DNA of 64,000 bases from Octopus sinensis. Its lineage: Eukaryota. This document shows positions 1 through 14,228 of this stretch, piece by piece; position 1 is the first letter of the stretch, and every line of letters begins with the position of its first letter. The stretch spans positions 45,570,001-45,634,000 of the forward strand of contig NC_042999.1 in assembly GCF_006345805.1 (NCBI RefSeq), written 5' to 3'. A model generated the notes under the pieces. That model had not been told where the DNA came from. It worked only from the letters and a program-made list of their open reading frames with translations, and did no database searches. The position numbers and the translations under genes were made by a program.

Positions 1-476
1 TATGGTTTGATCAGAGGTAGCCCATAATAAGAATGGAAAGGAATTTGATCAGATCAGCTCTAATAATGCTAATCTCTATTGTTAACATAGAAGCATGAAT
101 GTAATGATGATGTTAAGCCGACCTACACATTTAATCTAAGTAAGATTGTTAAACTGTTTCTGGTATTTTCTTCATTTTCTTCATTTTCTTCAGCATAAGC
201 TATTGTGTAATACAGTTATATTGATAACTATTATTCTGTAAGATGCTCTGAGATAATTAGAATAAGATACCTGACTTGAGAATATAATATAGCATGAGCT
301 CAACAAAGGGGATGGTAATATGTGAGATATTTTCTGTGTATTGTTTAGATGAATAGTATATCTCTTGGTGTTTAGACTATTTAGATTCAAGGACATTACG
401 TATATATATGTACATGTAAATATATATATATACACACTGACACACACACACACATTCATGTACAGATATCTATCTA

Positions 477-516
<40 letters not shown>

Positions 517-787
517 TAGACATGCATATATATATATATATATATATCATAATTGGCCCAAAATGTTAAAATGAATATGGAGATATGAACTAATAGTCAA
601 GTTTAAACTTGTTAATGCTTATAGTATTGATTCACTATCTAGTAACAAGATCTTAACAAACACCTTTCTTACATTCTGTGAATGAATAAAACATCAGTTT
701 CTTCTACTTCTCATTGTGTATTTTTATCATTCAAGAAACTGTTGAATACAAAATTAGTTCTGACATTATCTAATTAAATATTTGTAG

Positions 788-846
788 CAGTTGTACTGGC
801 AGTGTGATTGGTATGCTGGATTTACTGACATGGCCCTTAGGCTGAG
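788..846 (+). CDS. Candidate exon ending in phase 2 (only open frame QLYWQCDWYAGFTDMALRL; ATG at 830 in good context gacATGG)
   Basis: tttgtag/cag acceptor, GAG|gtatat donor; spliced to 59430 it gives MALRLR-KLFIG; spliced to 3907 it gives ...LRSDREKW... Confidence 0.45.
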
Positions 847-2005
847 GTATATTTCTTTCCTTGATGGCGCGTTCAACCTAACTTTCATTTCATGCATGAT
901 GTATCACCATCACGAAGAATCACCCAACTGCAAAAACACGTGCTACAGTAGTTTACATAGATTTTTATGGAAGCTGTAAAATATTGAAGTAAAAAATATG
1001 AAAAAGAAAAAAATATAAAAAAATTGAAGCGCGTGCATTTGTGCACGTGTGTGTGTGTGTGAACAAAAAAAAAGTAATTAGTGTCTGTATACTATTTTTT
1101 TGAATACGAATACAGAATATTACATAATACATAGTGTTTCCTTTGATTACATCCTTTAGCATACTTGAGAAATAGTAATCATGATGTTGCTATCATTAAT
1201 TACATGTAAGTGATCAATTCATATCAATCAGTTGAATTTTTACACTTATTTTTCTATGACGAGCTTTCCTGCAATTTTCCACATTGACTTCTAAATCTTT
1301 CATTATAATTTTAGCTACCTCATTCTTTGCTTCCCATGTCTAACATTGTCACTATTTCTCATCAATAGATGGCTACTACCAGCTCTTTCTTTATCATTCA
1401 TTTTTCATTATGTTCCAAACTTTATTGTCTAATATTCATTGTAGTTTAAAACCCGCTGTCAGTTTACAATGCATTTCCATCCACTCTTTATCTTTGGTTT
1501 TATCACATGTCCGTTATAACCCGATTCTCTGCTCTTTCAAACAACCCTTATACTTTCTCTTCTTCCGTCTTTCTTAACCTTCCCTAGCCTAATTTTATGA
1601 TTGAAAAGTTTCTGCTATAAATATTTATACATGCGTTTTTATTCCTTGTTGAAAGCAAGCAATTTCATGGCTGCATAGCATTTCTAAAGATGCCAATTCT
1701 AAAGATGTGAAGTGAGACTTATTTGTTGCTAGGTTGACTGAAGTTAAAGCAGAAATAAGGCTTTGTTGAAGTGCATGATTTGAACTCCAAACTTCTGGAT
1801 CAGTTAGCATTTTCATTTGACATTTATTTATAAAATCTAATGTACTCTGTAGACTGATATATTTAGTATATGGATATCATATCTAATTATACATGTTTAT
1901 ACATTTTTCATTGGTTTAATTAGTATTGCTGTTTTATCATTGCGCTTTGTTTTTCTAATGATAAAACAGGTGGCCTTTGTTTTTTGACTTCTTTCACTTA
2001 GAATT

Positions 2006-2390
2006 GATGAAGATGAAGCACTCCGTCGGTTACGACGACGAGGGTTCCGGTTAATCCGAATCAACAGAACAGCCTGCTCTTGAAATTAACGTGTAAGTGG
2101 CTGAGCACTCCACAGACACGTGTACCCTTAATGTAGTTCTCGGGGATATTCAGCGTGATACAGAGAGTGACAAGGCCGGCCCTTTGAAATACAGGTACAA
2201 CAGAAACAGGAAGTAAGAGTGAGAGAAAGTTGTGGTGAAAGAGTACAGCAGGGATCACCACCATCCCCTGCCGGAGCCTCGTGGAGCTTTAGGTGTTTTC
2301 GCTCAATAAACACTCACAACGCCCGGTCTGGAAATCGAAACCGCGATCCTACGACCGCGAGTCCGCTGCCCTAACCACTGGGCCATTGCG
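2006..2390 (-). mobile_element. Full-length tRNA-derived SINE (family A)
   Basis: A box TGGCCCAGTGG and B box GGTTTCGATTTCC on the minus strand; 9-bp TSD cttagaatt (1997-2005 / 2391-2399). Confidence 0.9.
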
Positions 2391-3098
2391 CTTAGAATTA
2401 GGATTTACTCAACTACATCAATGATAATTTTACATGGATTTGGTGCTGCTTTACTTGCAGGAGTAACCCTATCAAATATCTGAACAATTCTAAATAGCCT
2501 ATATTTATATAGTGTAATGTGTGTAGTAGAAGCCATGTAACATTCATTTTATTGCATGTAACAAAACATAAAATGTAATTTCTCTCACAGGCGTTTTCAG
2601 TTTCATTTTACCATCTCTTGTCTATAATTCATTACTAGAATAAAAGCCAAAGAGTGAAAAGCAAATGATAAACCAGGAGTTTAATACAAATTGCCAACCA
2701 TCACATTTAGATGCTCTGTTCAAAAGATAGTTAATAACAATTATTTCTAAAAGCAAATCTTTATAGAAAATAATTCAAACGCTCATGTGAAAAACTTAAT
2801 AATTAGAATAGAATTATTAAAAATATTTTATGTTGTTGTTGTTATTATTATTCTACTTTTATTATTATATTCATACAATGAGCCCAGGCAAATGTTCTCT
2901 TGAAATAAAACCTCTAATGTTGCTTTTGTTTTGATAATCATGAAATGTGCTCAATGAATGATGCCAGATAATGAACTTTTCATATACATTTAGACCCGGT
3001 GATCTTTTGTGTATTACAAGTATTGTTATTGTTTTTTTTTTCCTGTATGTCATATGAGAAACATTTTGTTTGTTTTATCATACAAAGCTAAAAGCCAG

Positions 3099-3161
<63 letters not shown>

Positions 3162-3906
3162 ATGCCTACACACACACGTGTATGTATATATATATATATG
3201 TGTGTTGGCTTTGTTACTTTATCATTTCACCATTGGAACTGGAAATGTCCCTAACCTCTTATTGATGGGATTAACTTCATGCTAGAAACTTAATTCCATT
3301 GACTATGGAATGGTATTGAATGTAGATTTCCTACTTCAGTATTCAACATTCTATATACACGGTTACATTTATTGACACCCTGCAAAAGTTAACCAGCCCC
3401 TACACAGCAAAAAGAATATAAAAAAAAGAAAGAAAAGAAGGAAAGAAAAGGAATTAAATATCTACTTCTACAAAAGGGTTTTTATCTATATAAAGAGTAG
3501 ATTGCATTGAATGGCTGTTACTAAGGTTTGGAAGGTGTGTGGTTCTGCTCTCAATACAAGTGAATGAAATATATTAAATGTGCTTGGCATGGTTTAAAGA
3601 AATTAAGGCAACACTTTAGGGAGGAAATGAAAGGATTCAAATATGTCTTTAAAAAAAAAAAATCAATTTTACCATTATTTATCTTTTGTTTTTTCATAGT
3701 TTTGTTAAAGAACAATCACTAGATCTCTCTTGTTTCTGAACCATTAGAGTATATTTTTGATTTAAAATCTGTCAGATGTGAATACCTCTTGTCATATTTT
3801 TTTTAAAGTTTGTGATTAGTATCCAAATTTAAAATGCTGCTCTTCCTATTTAAAGCAAGTTAACGTTTTACGTTACCAGTATCATCTTACTGTTTACAAT
3901 TTACAG

Positions 3907-3982
3907 GTCAGATCGTGAAAAGTGGTACTTCGTAAAACTGCCTGCAGATATTAAAGTTCAGACAAAAGCAACTTGTATCTAG
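3907..3982 (+). other. Candidate short terminal/poison exon (R)SDREKWYFVKLPADIKVQTKATCI*
   Basis: Acceptor catcttactgtttacaatttacag; phase-2 frame open for 24 codons after the split codon, stop at 3980-3982, followed by A/T-tract-rich UTR-like sequence. Confidence 0.35.
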
Positions 3983-4272
3983 GAATCAACTAAATCTTCA
4001 TTATATCTGAACTATTTTTGTAGTCAAGTATTTTTTTTTTTTTTACTTCTTCTCTAGCTATTAATATGGCAGCTAGAGAAAAGGAAAAAAAAAAAAAGAT
4101 CTGTTCATTCTCACTAACTCTCACGTGTAAAGTGCCTACAGCTTGAATCTCACTTAAAAATGTTTTTGCCATACCTAGAAGCTGTCAGGAATTTTCCATC
4201 ATTTCTTGAAACTGGGTTTGAGCTGTTTATTTCTGATTTTTAAGTATATTTAATATATTATTATTATTATTG

Positions 4273-4316
<44 letters not shown>

Positions 4317-5139
4317 TTTATTGATAATTCCAATGAAATATTTCTTCTGTTCCAATGGTAATAATTTATCATACATGTTGCTATTTAATTAAATGCATGG
4401 GATTGGTATGTTTTGGTTATTTAATTGTATACCTAATTATAGAATGTCAACGCTCAATGATCTCAGAAACTGGATGTGTAAGAAAACAAAACAAAACAAA
4501 AAAAAACCAGAAAAAAAAAACGAAAAAATCCAAAACAAAACAAAAATAAAACAAAAATCAGTTTCATCAAAGTATCTGTGATATAGAGATTCTGAATATT
4601 CTTCAGTCTACAAACTTGATTTAAATTAAGATGGAGTAAAGATGGAGTATTTCTATTTTTATTACCAAATTTGTATTTGTAATAATGATTAATTCCAACA
4701 AGGAACTGGTCTGAATTTTATAACTAGTGAGATTTACTTGGTTAGTTTATCTCCAGTATTTTCTTCAGTGTTGAGTTCACACTTGGACTATGTAGAAGTA
4801 GCTTGAAGATCATATTTGATGGTACATATACCAGGCTTCTCATGAGGACTTGAAACATCTCATGGCATGAGCATAATATGAAAGAGGAGACTTATGGGAC
4901 ATATTCAACCCATCTTTCATAATGGGTAGAACTTATGGGGTACTGGTGTCATGATGAACACCAGGTCATATCAGATTTTATGTTTTGGAATCTTCCACAT
5001 CCTAATAGAGGACAAAGGCCTCTCATGTGATTAGCAGAAATATGCAACATGATATTGAATTGAAGACCTACCAAAGATTAAAAGAAGATAGAAATTTCTG
5101 GTATGGTATTGGGAAACGTGTTTTGATTGTGGCCACTTG

Positions 5140-5400
5140 AAGAAAAGTGGAGGGTGTCAGCACCATGATTGTAAGATTGTGGTTTTGATTCCTGGATTGG
5201 GCAACGTGTTGTGTTCTTGAGCAAAACACTTCATTTCCCGTTGCTCCAGTCCACTCAGCTGGCAAAAATGAGTAACACTGCAATGGACTGGCGTCCCATC
5301 TACCTGGGGAACACATAGTCCATAGAACCCAGGAAACCGGGCCCATGAACTTGGGTAGGCTTTAAAAGGGCGCATTTATTTATTTATTTTTACTTGAAGA
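5140..5400 (+). mobile_element. Degenerate SINE (family E, V-domain-like gtgttcttgagcaaaacact core)
   Basis: Decayed B box, central domain shared with 40160-40497, (ATTT)n tail. Confidence 0.65.
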
Positions 5401-5539
5401 AAAATATTCATCATCATCATTGTCGTCATCATCATCAGTTTTTTCATGCTTGCATGGGTGAGGCAAGTTCTTTCCAACAGTGATTTACCATTTGGTGCAT
5501 TCTTTAGTCATCTTTGTGAAGCTCAGCATCCTACAATCA

Positions 5540-6310
5540 GTTTCACCACTTGGATCTACTGGTATTTTTTTCACCCTTCTCTTATCAATAAGCATCATAT
5601 TCCCATACCAACACAGACATCTCCCTTGCACACTGCCACTGATTCCTCTCATATCAGTTTCCCTCTCAGGTCATTTATACCAGTGTTTCCCAAAGTCGGT
5701 GGTACTGCTTCCATGGGGGCGGTGGAAAGATTCAGTGGTGCATTGAAGAAAAAGTGGGGTGATAAAGGGGTGGCCAAAAGGGGACGATGGATGTAAAAGC
5801 AAACAAAATAATGGGTTAATTAGGTTAAATTTTCTTTGTGAAATGCAGTTGTTTTAAATTTGCTGCAGAAAGTGGTCTGTGTTTGTGGTGGTGGGGGCAC
5901 GAGGTGTGGTAGGTCAGATGTGCTAGTGATGTGGTCTGGGTGCCAAGTGGGTGGCAGCCTGGAAATTTTGGGGAACCACTGATTTACACCATTTCATTCC
6001 TTCACACTAACATTATGCATCCAGTGATACATATTTGCCCGACTTTTGTCCATCTTTTCACATCACCTACATTCATTGCTCCTTGTTTCACTCTGTGCAG
6101 TGTAGCGCTTCATACACAAGCAATGTACAACACAAGCTACCTTTTGCTTGAAGAGAAGATCCCTTCGTTGTTTCCTGAAGTGATACTTCCCTGAACTTTT
6201 TTCTACCTTGCTCTTAATCTGGTCATTGTGCTTTCACTGCACCATCTTCCATTGATGATTAGGTCAGCTGGGTAACAGAAACTATCAACTACTTCTATGG
6301 GCCTTCCAAG
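5540..6310 (-). mobile_element. Decayed RTE-type LINE RT/C-terminal fragment interrupted by a hAT MITE
   Basis: Similar to the RTE fragments at 9575 and 15420; sequence is continuous across the 5681-5981 insertion. Confidence 0.7.
5681..5981. mobile_element. hAT (Charlie-like) MITE
   Basis: TIRs CAGTGTTTCCCAAA / TTTGGGGAACCACTG; 8-bp TSD atttatac / atttacac. Confidence 0.85.
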
Positions 6311-6679
6311 TATTGCAATCAAGTTATTTTAACTGGTGCTCTAGCTTATAACTACACTTGTGCATCTGTGTTATCTTTTGTCTTTTACTTGTTTCAGTCA
6401 TTAGACTGTGGCCATGCTGGGGCTCTGCTTTGAAGAATTTTAGTAAAATGAATCAACTCCAGGATTTATTATCTTTTTTTCTGAAGCCTAGTATTTATTC
6501 AATCTGTCACTTTTGCTGAACTGCTCGGTTATAGAGACACATATACACACTAATACTGATTGTCAAGCAGTGGTGATGGTGGGAGACAAATGCACACACA
6601 CACACACACAGAGACTCAGATACACGCAATATATATTAAATGATGATGACGATGATGCAATATATATTAAATGATGATG

Positions 6680-7100
6680 CTCTTCTAACGCCAACCACTC
6701 CAAGAGTGTAGCAGGTGCTTTTTACGTGCCACCGGATTGGGAGCCAGTCAGGTGGCACTGGCATCAGCCATGTTTGGATGGTGCTTTTTACATGCTACCG
6801 GCATAGGAGCCAGTTGGGGCTGGGCGGGGGGGGGGTTGACATCAGCCATGTTTGGATGGTGCTTTCTACGTGCCACCTGCATGGGGAGCCAGTCAGGCGG
6901 CAATAGCATCAGCCACAACTTTTCATTTGATTTCCATTTGATTTTGATTTTACTTGACCCATTAGGTCTCCTCAAGCACGGCATGTCCGACTTTTTAAAT
7001 GGGCTGGTTATGTGACACTAGTGTAGGTCACGGCTGTGATCTCACTTTACTTGGCGGGTCTTCTCAATCACAGCATATCTTCAGAGGTCTCAGTCTTTCG
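6680..7100 (-). mobile_element. RTE LINE 3' UTR fragment with internal tandem repeats
   Basis: Reverse complement of the 3' region at 32300-32757; repeated catcagccatgtttggatggtgctttt units. Confidence 0.75.
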
Positions 7101-7944
7101 TCATGATTGAAAAAATTATTGTCAATCAAATTACAGGTGTTGTTGTAACCGACTCTTCTCCTGTCCTCAATTTTTTCTGTCCTTGTGCAAAAAAAAAGAA
7201 AAAATATATTACATATTCTATCACTTATGGAAGAATGACCAGCAATGTTGCATCTGGTGGGATTTGAACTCAGAACATAATAAAAAGTAGCTAAATTATT
7301 TAGCACATTTAGCCCAGGGTTGTACTGTTCTTGCTACCTTTATATGATAGAATATATTTAAAATACCTCTTTGAATGAGTAGAGAGAGAGAGAGAGAGAG
7401 GGTAGGTATTGTTATTAAATGTTGTCATCCACTAATGAGTTTCTCTGAGGAATATGAAAAGATGAATTAGCAATCATCTGGATATTTAGAATATTTTCCT
7501 AACAAATTGAACAATACACAAGAGAGTCTTCACAAGAATATTGTTCTCTCAAATAGAAATGAAAGTGTGATGTTTAGTAATCATTATTTATGTCACAGAG
7601 TATTTCGGCTCCCAACTGATGGTAATTTCTGCTCTTGAATAGATCAGCATTCATGAATACTTCTTCTTATCACTGCAGTTACTCAATTGGATACTTTAGC
7701 CATTGCCGAGAAGAGATAATCCACTGTAATAATACAAACAAGTACATACAAGTGAATGCTGGTGTAAATTCTGGGTTTTTTTTTTTCCATTTTTTTTTGT
7801 CATCCACTTGAGTAAGGTCTCATTAGCAGCAATGCCGGCTCAAGAGTTGCCACCATCTTGTTTGGTTGCATGCTGACAGCTTAGTTACCATACTTGAAAT
7901 TGTTATACATTTTATATATGACTGAAACAAGTAAAAGAATATGT

Positions 7945-8550
7945 ATAACTGTGTGTGTGTATATGCGTGTGTATGTGTGTGTGTATAAGTATGTATGTGT
8001 GTACATATATATATATATGTATATATATGTGTGTTTATGTATATATATATATGCATGTATATGTGTGTATATGTATGTATATGTGTGTATATGTATGTAT
8101 ATGTGTATATATATGTATGTATATGTGTGTATATGTGTATATATATATATATGTAAATATATATATATATATATGTCTGTATATATGTATATCTGCATAT
8201 GTATATATATCAGTATATATATATATGTGTGTGTGTGTGTCTGTGTGTATATATATATATATATGAGGTTAGCTGAGTTAGAGGTTAAAATAACCGTGTA
8301 AGTGGTAGAAGTATCCATTATACTACATTATATATGTATATATAACATATATATGTGTGTATATATAATATACATATATATATATATACATATACACACA
8401 TATATATACATATACACACATATATATACATATATATATATAAATATATACATATATATATAAATATATATATATATATACACATATATATATACATGTA
8501 TATATATATATATACATATACACATATATACATCATCATCATCATCATCG
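7945..8550. repeat. Compound (TG)/(TA)/(CATA)/(CAT) microsatellite
   Basis: Direct inspection. Confidence 0.95.
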
Positions 8551-8775
8551 TTTAACGTCCGTTTTCCGCGCTAGCACGGGTTGGACGGTTTCGACCGGGG
8601 TCTGGGGAGCTCGGGACTGCCCCAGGCTCCAGTCTAGTCTGGCAGTGTTTCTACAGCTGGATGCCCTTCCTAACGCCAACCACTCCGCGAGTGTAGTGGG
8701 TGCTTTTTACGTGCCACCTGCACAGGTGCCAGAGGGGTCTGGCATCGGCCACGTTCGGATGGTGCTTTTTATGTG
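8531..8775 (-). mobile_element. RTE-type 3' tail with (GAT)n end
   Basis: Motif gagtggttggcgttaggaagggcatccagctgtagaaac...ggacgttaaacgatgatg; other copies at 10240-10385, 32600-32757, 37330-37490, 39475-39630, 43870-44000. Confidence 0.85.
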
Positions 8776-9574
8776 GGGGGGGGGGTGCAGAAATATAGGG
8801 GAGCACCAGTGGGGAGGGGTGGTTCAGAGAAATGATGACAGGTTCTAGGCAAGTAGAAAGTAGGATATCGAGAGAGGGGAAATGCATGGTGAAATAGCGT
8901 ATTGAAGAGGGGGGTTCGAAGAGTAGACACCTATAATGGTGGTGGGAGAAGCAACATCCGGTATAGATGGAGCAAAATATAGAGATATCCGGTATTGGTG
9001 GTGGGGGCGGGAGGGCGGGCGCACCGCGCATTGGGAGATGAGGTTTTAGGCGGCAGAAAGAAGACAGGATTGAGATGAAATGCTTTGCGGTGGTGTGAAT
9101 AAGTTTTTGTGAGTGAAAGTTTTTATGCTTCAGCTAGCATTTGAGACGAAAGACAACGATAACGCTATTAGATGGGGATACAATAATAATAAGGCTTGCA
9201 AAAACAATGAAAAGAGGAAATATATAAATATATATATATATATATATACACATATATATATATACATGTATATATATATATACATATACACATATATATA
9301 CATATATATTTACATATATATATACATATATACATATATATATATCTTTATATATATGTGTATACTTTTGTGTATATATATGTATATATACATATGTGTG
9401 TATATATGTATATATACATATGTGTGTGTATATATGTATATATACATATGTGTGTATATATATATGTATATATACATATGTGTGTATATATGTATATATA
9501 CATATGTGTATGGGAAATAGTTGAGATGGTGAACGTTTCTAATTTTCATTATTTTCGTGAATTTATCCTTTTTT

Positions 9575-10385
9575 GTGGTGAAACATGGGTTGTGACAGCT
9601 GAGGACATGTGTAAGCTTGAGAGAAATGAAGCCAGAGTGCTTTGCAGGATGTGCGGTGTCAGTGTTCACCTTGAGAGAATAGTTGGGCATAAGAGGCATC
9701 AGATGTGGTATGCAAGAGAGACGACTGCGCTGGTATGGTCATGTGATGCATATGGATGAGGACTGCTGTGTAAAGTGGTGCCGGTCTCTAACTGTGGAGG
9801 GAACCTGCGGCAGAGGTTGACTTAGGAAGACATGGGACGAAGTGGTGAAGCATGATCTTTGAACTTTGGTCCTCACAAAGGCAACGACTTGTGACTGAGA
9901 TCTTTGTTGATATGTTGTGCTTGAGGAGACTCGTCAAACCAAGTGAAATTGTAGTCATGGCTGATGCTAGTGTCATGTAATTCACATCCCTGGCAGTGGC
10001 ATGTGAAAGAACCTTTCAAGAATTGGGCGTCATGGAAGCAAATTGGCTGATGGTGGTGGCTCGGGAAGAACTCCTTTTTTTGAGTGTTGGGCCTCATGGA
10101 CACAATGAACGAGACCTTTGGCATTATGTAGGGTTTGAGAAGAAGACCCATTTGGCCATGTAAAATTGCTGTTGTGGCAGATATGGTGTCACACAAATGG
10201 CATCCATGCCAGTAACACAGGAAAGCACTCATTATTCTCTCAGTGTGATTGGCGTTAGGAAGGGTATCCAGCCGTAGAAACCATACCAAATCAGACTTGA
10301 GTCTGGTGCAGCCTTCCAGCTTGCCAGCCTTGGGTCAAACCATCCAACATGGACAATGGATGCTAACTGATGATGATGATGATAT
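9575..10385 (+). mobile_element. 5'-truncated RTE-clade LINE (ORF2 C-terminus + 3' UTR + (GAT)n)
   Basis: [26 protein letters not shown]...[13 protein letters not shown]...LRKTWDEVVKHDL with frameshifts and stops. Confidence 0.9.
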
Positions 10386-11891
10386 ATATGTAAATGTAGG
10401 TATATATATATGTTTGTGTGTGTGTGTGTGTGTATATGTGTGTGCGTATGTGTGTGTGTGTGTGTATATGTGTGTGCGTATGTGTGTGTATATGTATGTA
10501 TATGTGTGTATGTATGCATGTATATATGCATATATGTATGTATATGTGTATATTGCATATATGTATATATGTGTGTATATATGTATATATATATATATGT
10601 GTGTGTGTACATATAGATGTGTTTGTTTATTTATAAATATATATATATATAGGTGTAGTGTATGTATGTATATATATATATATATTTATATATACATACG
10701 AACATACATATAAATGTATGTATATATGTGTATATATATACATACATATTTTTTTAAGGTACATATATATATATACGTATATATATATGCATATATATTA
10801 TTTACTTTTGTTATCTACTACAGATGCTATAGACATTCACGACCACCTGAAACAATCAATATCTTTCTTTTCACAAGTATATAGGAGTATTTGTTCTATT
10901 CTTTTTTTCCAATTTAGAAATATTTTATATCTAAATTAATTAATTACAGAAAATGAATTTTTTAGTATTCTAAATTTTCAGAGAAATGACTTTTTAGTTG
11001 TGTAAATTTTTCTGTTCCAAAAAAAAGAAAAAAAGAAAAAAATTATTTTATTTGTAATTTTAAGAATTTGTTGATTTTTATTTTAGAAAAAAAAAAAAAA
11101 TGAAAATTGGCCAGAGTTGAAAAAAAAAATTATAAAAAACATGTTTTCTTAATAAAACTGTACTAGATTCAAATGATGTATTGTTCATGATCGGTTATTG
11201 TTATGAATTATTTTTCCTCCTATAGTTAGAAAAAGACAAAAATAAAAAATAAAGCTCTATAGAAATTTGTGCAATATTCTATTTTTAATCACTTTACGTA
11301 AAAATTCAATTAATTTAGTTTGTAAAATTGTTCATTATATAAATTTTTAAAAAATGACATCAAATGGACTTATTGAAATTGCTTAGATATATAGGTGCAG
11401 GCATGGTCTTGTAGTAAGAAATTTGCTTTCCAACCACATGCTTGTGGGTTCAGCCCCAATGTATGGCACCTTGGGCAAGTGTCTTCTACTAATACTCCTC
11501 AGCTGACTAAAGCCTTGTGAGCAGATTTGGTAGATAGAAACTGAAGGAAGCCCATTGTATACATATATGAATATATCTATGTTTGTATGTCATTGTTCTC
11601 CACCACTGTTTGATAACCAGTGATGGTTTGTTTACTTCCCCATTATATAGCAGTTTTGTAAAACGAGTTTTGAGAGAATAAGTACCAGACTTTAGAATGA
11701 CAATATTGTACTGGGGTCAATTTGTTTGACTTAAACACTTCGAGATGGTATCCCAACATGACAAAGATAAAACATAGAAAATATGCTTAACTCATTCACA
11801 ACTGTATTTTTAAGCTTGAAAATAATAAAGAATTTGCAGAGATTTAGTTAAGTAATTATTTAGCAAAATAATTAAGCTGGTATTTGGGATA

Positions 11892-12076
11892 CAGAAATCC
11901 CTTGCCATATCACGGTTCACCTATCACAGTTTATTATTTAAGCTGACATTGATTCCTCTGCGGTGTTGTTTTGCATTGAAAATAAAATAAATATATACAA
12001 ATTATACACTTGGCAGATTCTCACCTATTGCGGGGTGTTATGGAACATAACACCTGAAATACTCAAGGGAAAACTG
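11892..12076. mobile_element. pogo/Tigger-like MITE
   Basis: TA|CAGaaatcccttg ... caagggaaaaCTG|TA: imperfect TIRs with TA target. Confidence 0.6.
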
Positions 12077-12189
12077 TATACTAAAAGGTTTTTGCATAAA
12101 ATTATACTGAAAAGTTTTAATTTAAATGTGAATACTCTAAAACTAGGCAGAGTATCAGAGAGTTGATTGCCAATGTGTTCAATATACAA

Positions 12190-12223
12190 TATGATTATTT
12201 ATATATATATTGTATATATTTAT

Positions 12224-12264
<41 letters not shown>

Positions 12265-12274
12265 TATATATATT

Positions 12275-12370
<96 letters not shown>
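12190..12370. repeat. (TA)n/(TAT) microsatellite
   Basis: Direct inspection. Confidence 0.95.
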
Positions 12371-12371
<1 letters not shown>

Positions 12372-13544
12372 CATCTTTATGGAATTGTTCTGTGAGCAAC
12401 CCATTCTCTGCTGAAAGTCCTTAAGGAGAGAGAATTAAGTGTCACAATAGAATATTTACAACAGCTGTGGAAATATCCTGCTGAATATGTCAGCTATGAA
12501 GGCTTTTGTGAAGAAAGAAAGAAAGAAAGGACAGGATGAAGGAAAGAAAGAAGGAAAGAAATAAACGGTGCTTTATTTACTTAAGTTCATTCTTAGGTTT
12601 GTTTCATTTACAATGTAGTAATGTGATAGGGGACCAGGAATGAGGAATGTGGGAGCAATCTATTAAAGGTCGGAAAAAAAAAAAAAAAGGGAAAGTGATG
12701 TGTTGAACAAGATTGTATTAATGATTGTTGCCATTGAAATGATTGTTGTAACATAGAAAAAAAAAATGCATTATTGAATATGGTTGGCTGAGTATAATTG
12801 GATTTCAGCATTTCATCAAGGTCAAACATAATAAAGACTCAAGGAAATTAGTTATTGAGAGGTATCAAGATTTCTATTTAGAAAATACTCCTCAGGTTGT
12901 GTAATCAATGTTTAGAATAAACTTAACAAACAAAAAAGACAAAAAAAAACAATTCGGTTCTTCAAAAAAAGCAAAAATATTCGAAAAGCAAGTCAAAGCA
13001 AAAAAAATTAGAGCATATTTTTCCTATGATAAGAAATAGTTTTTTTTTTTTTTTTTGTCCTGTTTCTTTTTAAGAATAATAAAGAAATACAATGTTAATA
13101 ATGTAGTATTTTAATCAAATGTTAATTTGGTCTGGCTGATTTTTTATTTTTTCCTCTCTTTTTAAAGTTTGCGTTTATGGTTGCTCAGATTTTCAATCTT
13201 TTCAAGCACAATACTTTTTAGATGTTTAACAGTTGATTGCTTTTCTTAATGTTAATCTTCCCATTGTAGATTGCAAGCTCAGCTCTCATATCCTAATTGG
13301 TTAAAATGTATATTTTCTTTCACACATACATAACCTAACTTGTATACACATTCCTTTTTCTCTTTCTTAACATATCTCATCATACTTGTGTGTGTGTGTG
13401 TGTGTATATATATGTGTGTATATATATATATATACGTGTGTGTGTGTGTATATATATATATATATTTTTTTTTATTGTTTGTGGTTGGTACTTTTTTCTT
13501 GCACTCTTCAAGTTTCACATTGTGAAACTCAGTGTAGCAGCTTC

Positions 13545-13865
13545 TGTATTCAGTCATTTGACTGTGGCCATGCTGGACCACCGCCTTTAGTCGAGCAAAT
13601 CGACCCCAGGACTTATTTTTGTAAGCCTAGTACTTATTCTGTCGGACAAGCACAAACATACACACACATACACACATACACACACACATACATATATACG
13701 ATGGGCTTCTTTCAGTTTCCGTCTACCAAATCCACTCACAAGGCTTTGGTCGGCCTGAGACTATAGTAGAAGACACTTGCCCAAGGTGGTGCCACACAGT
13801 TGGACTGAACCCGGAACCATGTGGTTGGTAAGCAAGCTACTTACCACACAGCCACTCCTGTGCCT
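13545..13865 (-). mobile_element. tRNA-derived SINE family B, internally deleted
   Basis: Head ggagtggctgtgtggtaag...ggttccgggttcagtcc; same family as 34572. Confidence 0.85.
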
Positions 13866-14192
13866 ATATACAATAAACAAATACACTCCATAACATATAT
13901 TGAATACTTATTCCCTGGGTTGAAAAAAAAAAAAACTAACAAAAATGCACACATACATGTATGACAGGTTTCTTTAAGTTTCTGTCTACCAAATCCACTC
14001 ACAAAGCTTCGGTCAGCCCAGGAGCTATAGTAGGAGACACTTGCCCAAGGAACTACGCATTGACATTGGAATAACAGCATTGGGAAACACATCTTAACCA
14101 TACTGCAATGTTTGCCTGTGTGTGTATATATGTATATGTTTATATATATATATATGTATATAGCTTTTAGTGGAGTAGTGTCTGCTTGTGTA

Positions 14193-14228
<36 letters not shown>

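Noticed and set aside
1625-1816. Protein-looking minus-strand ORF (…PEVWSSNHALQQSLISALTS…)
   Set aside because: No convincing splice sites, no partner exons on the minus strand, and no recognisable family.
2006-2390. tRNA-like A/B boxes here and at 34572, 40160 and elsewhere
   Set aside because: These are SINE heads followed by family-specific bodies and TSDs, not tRNA genes.
788-3982. Resemblance of WYFVKLPADIKVQTKATCI to the phospholipid scramblase C-terminus (FGIQFPLDLDVKMKAVMI)
   Set aside because: The match is short and loose, the stop removes the essential final helix, and the upstream exon does not align. No gene name assigned.
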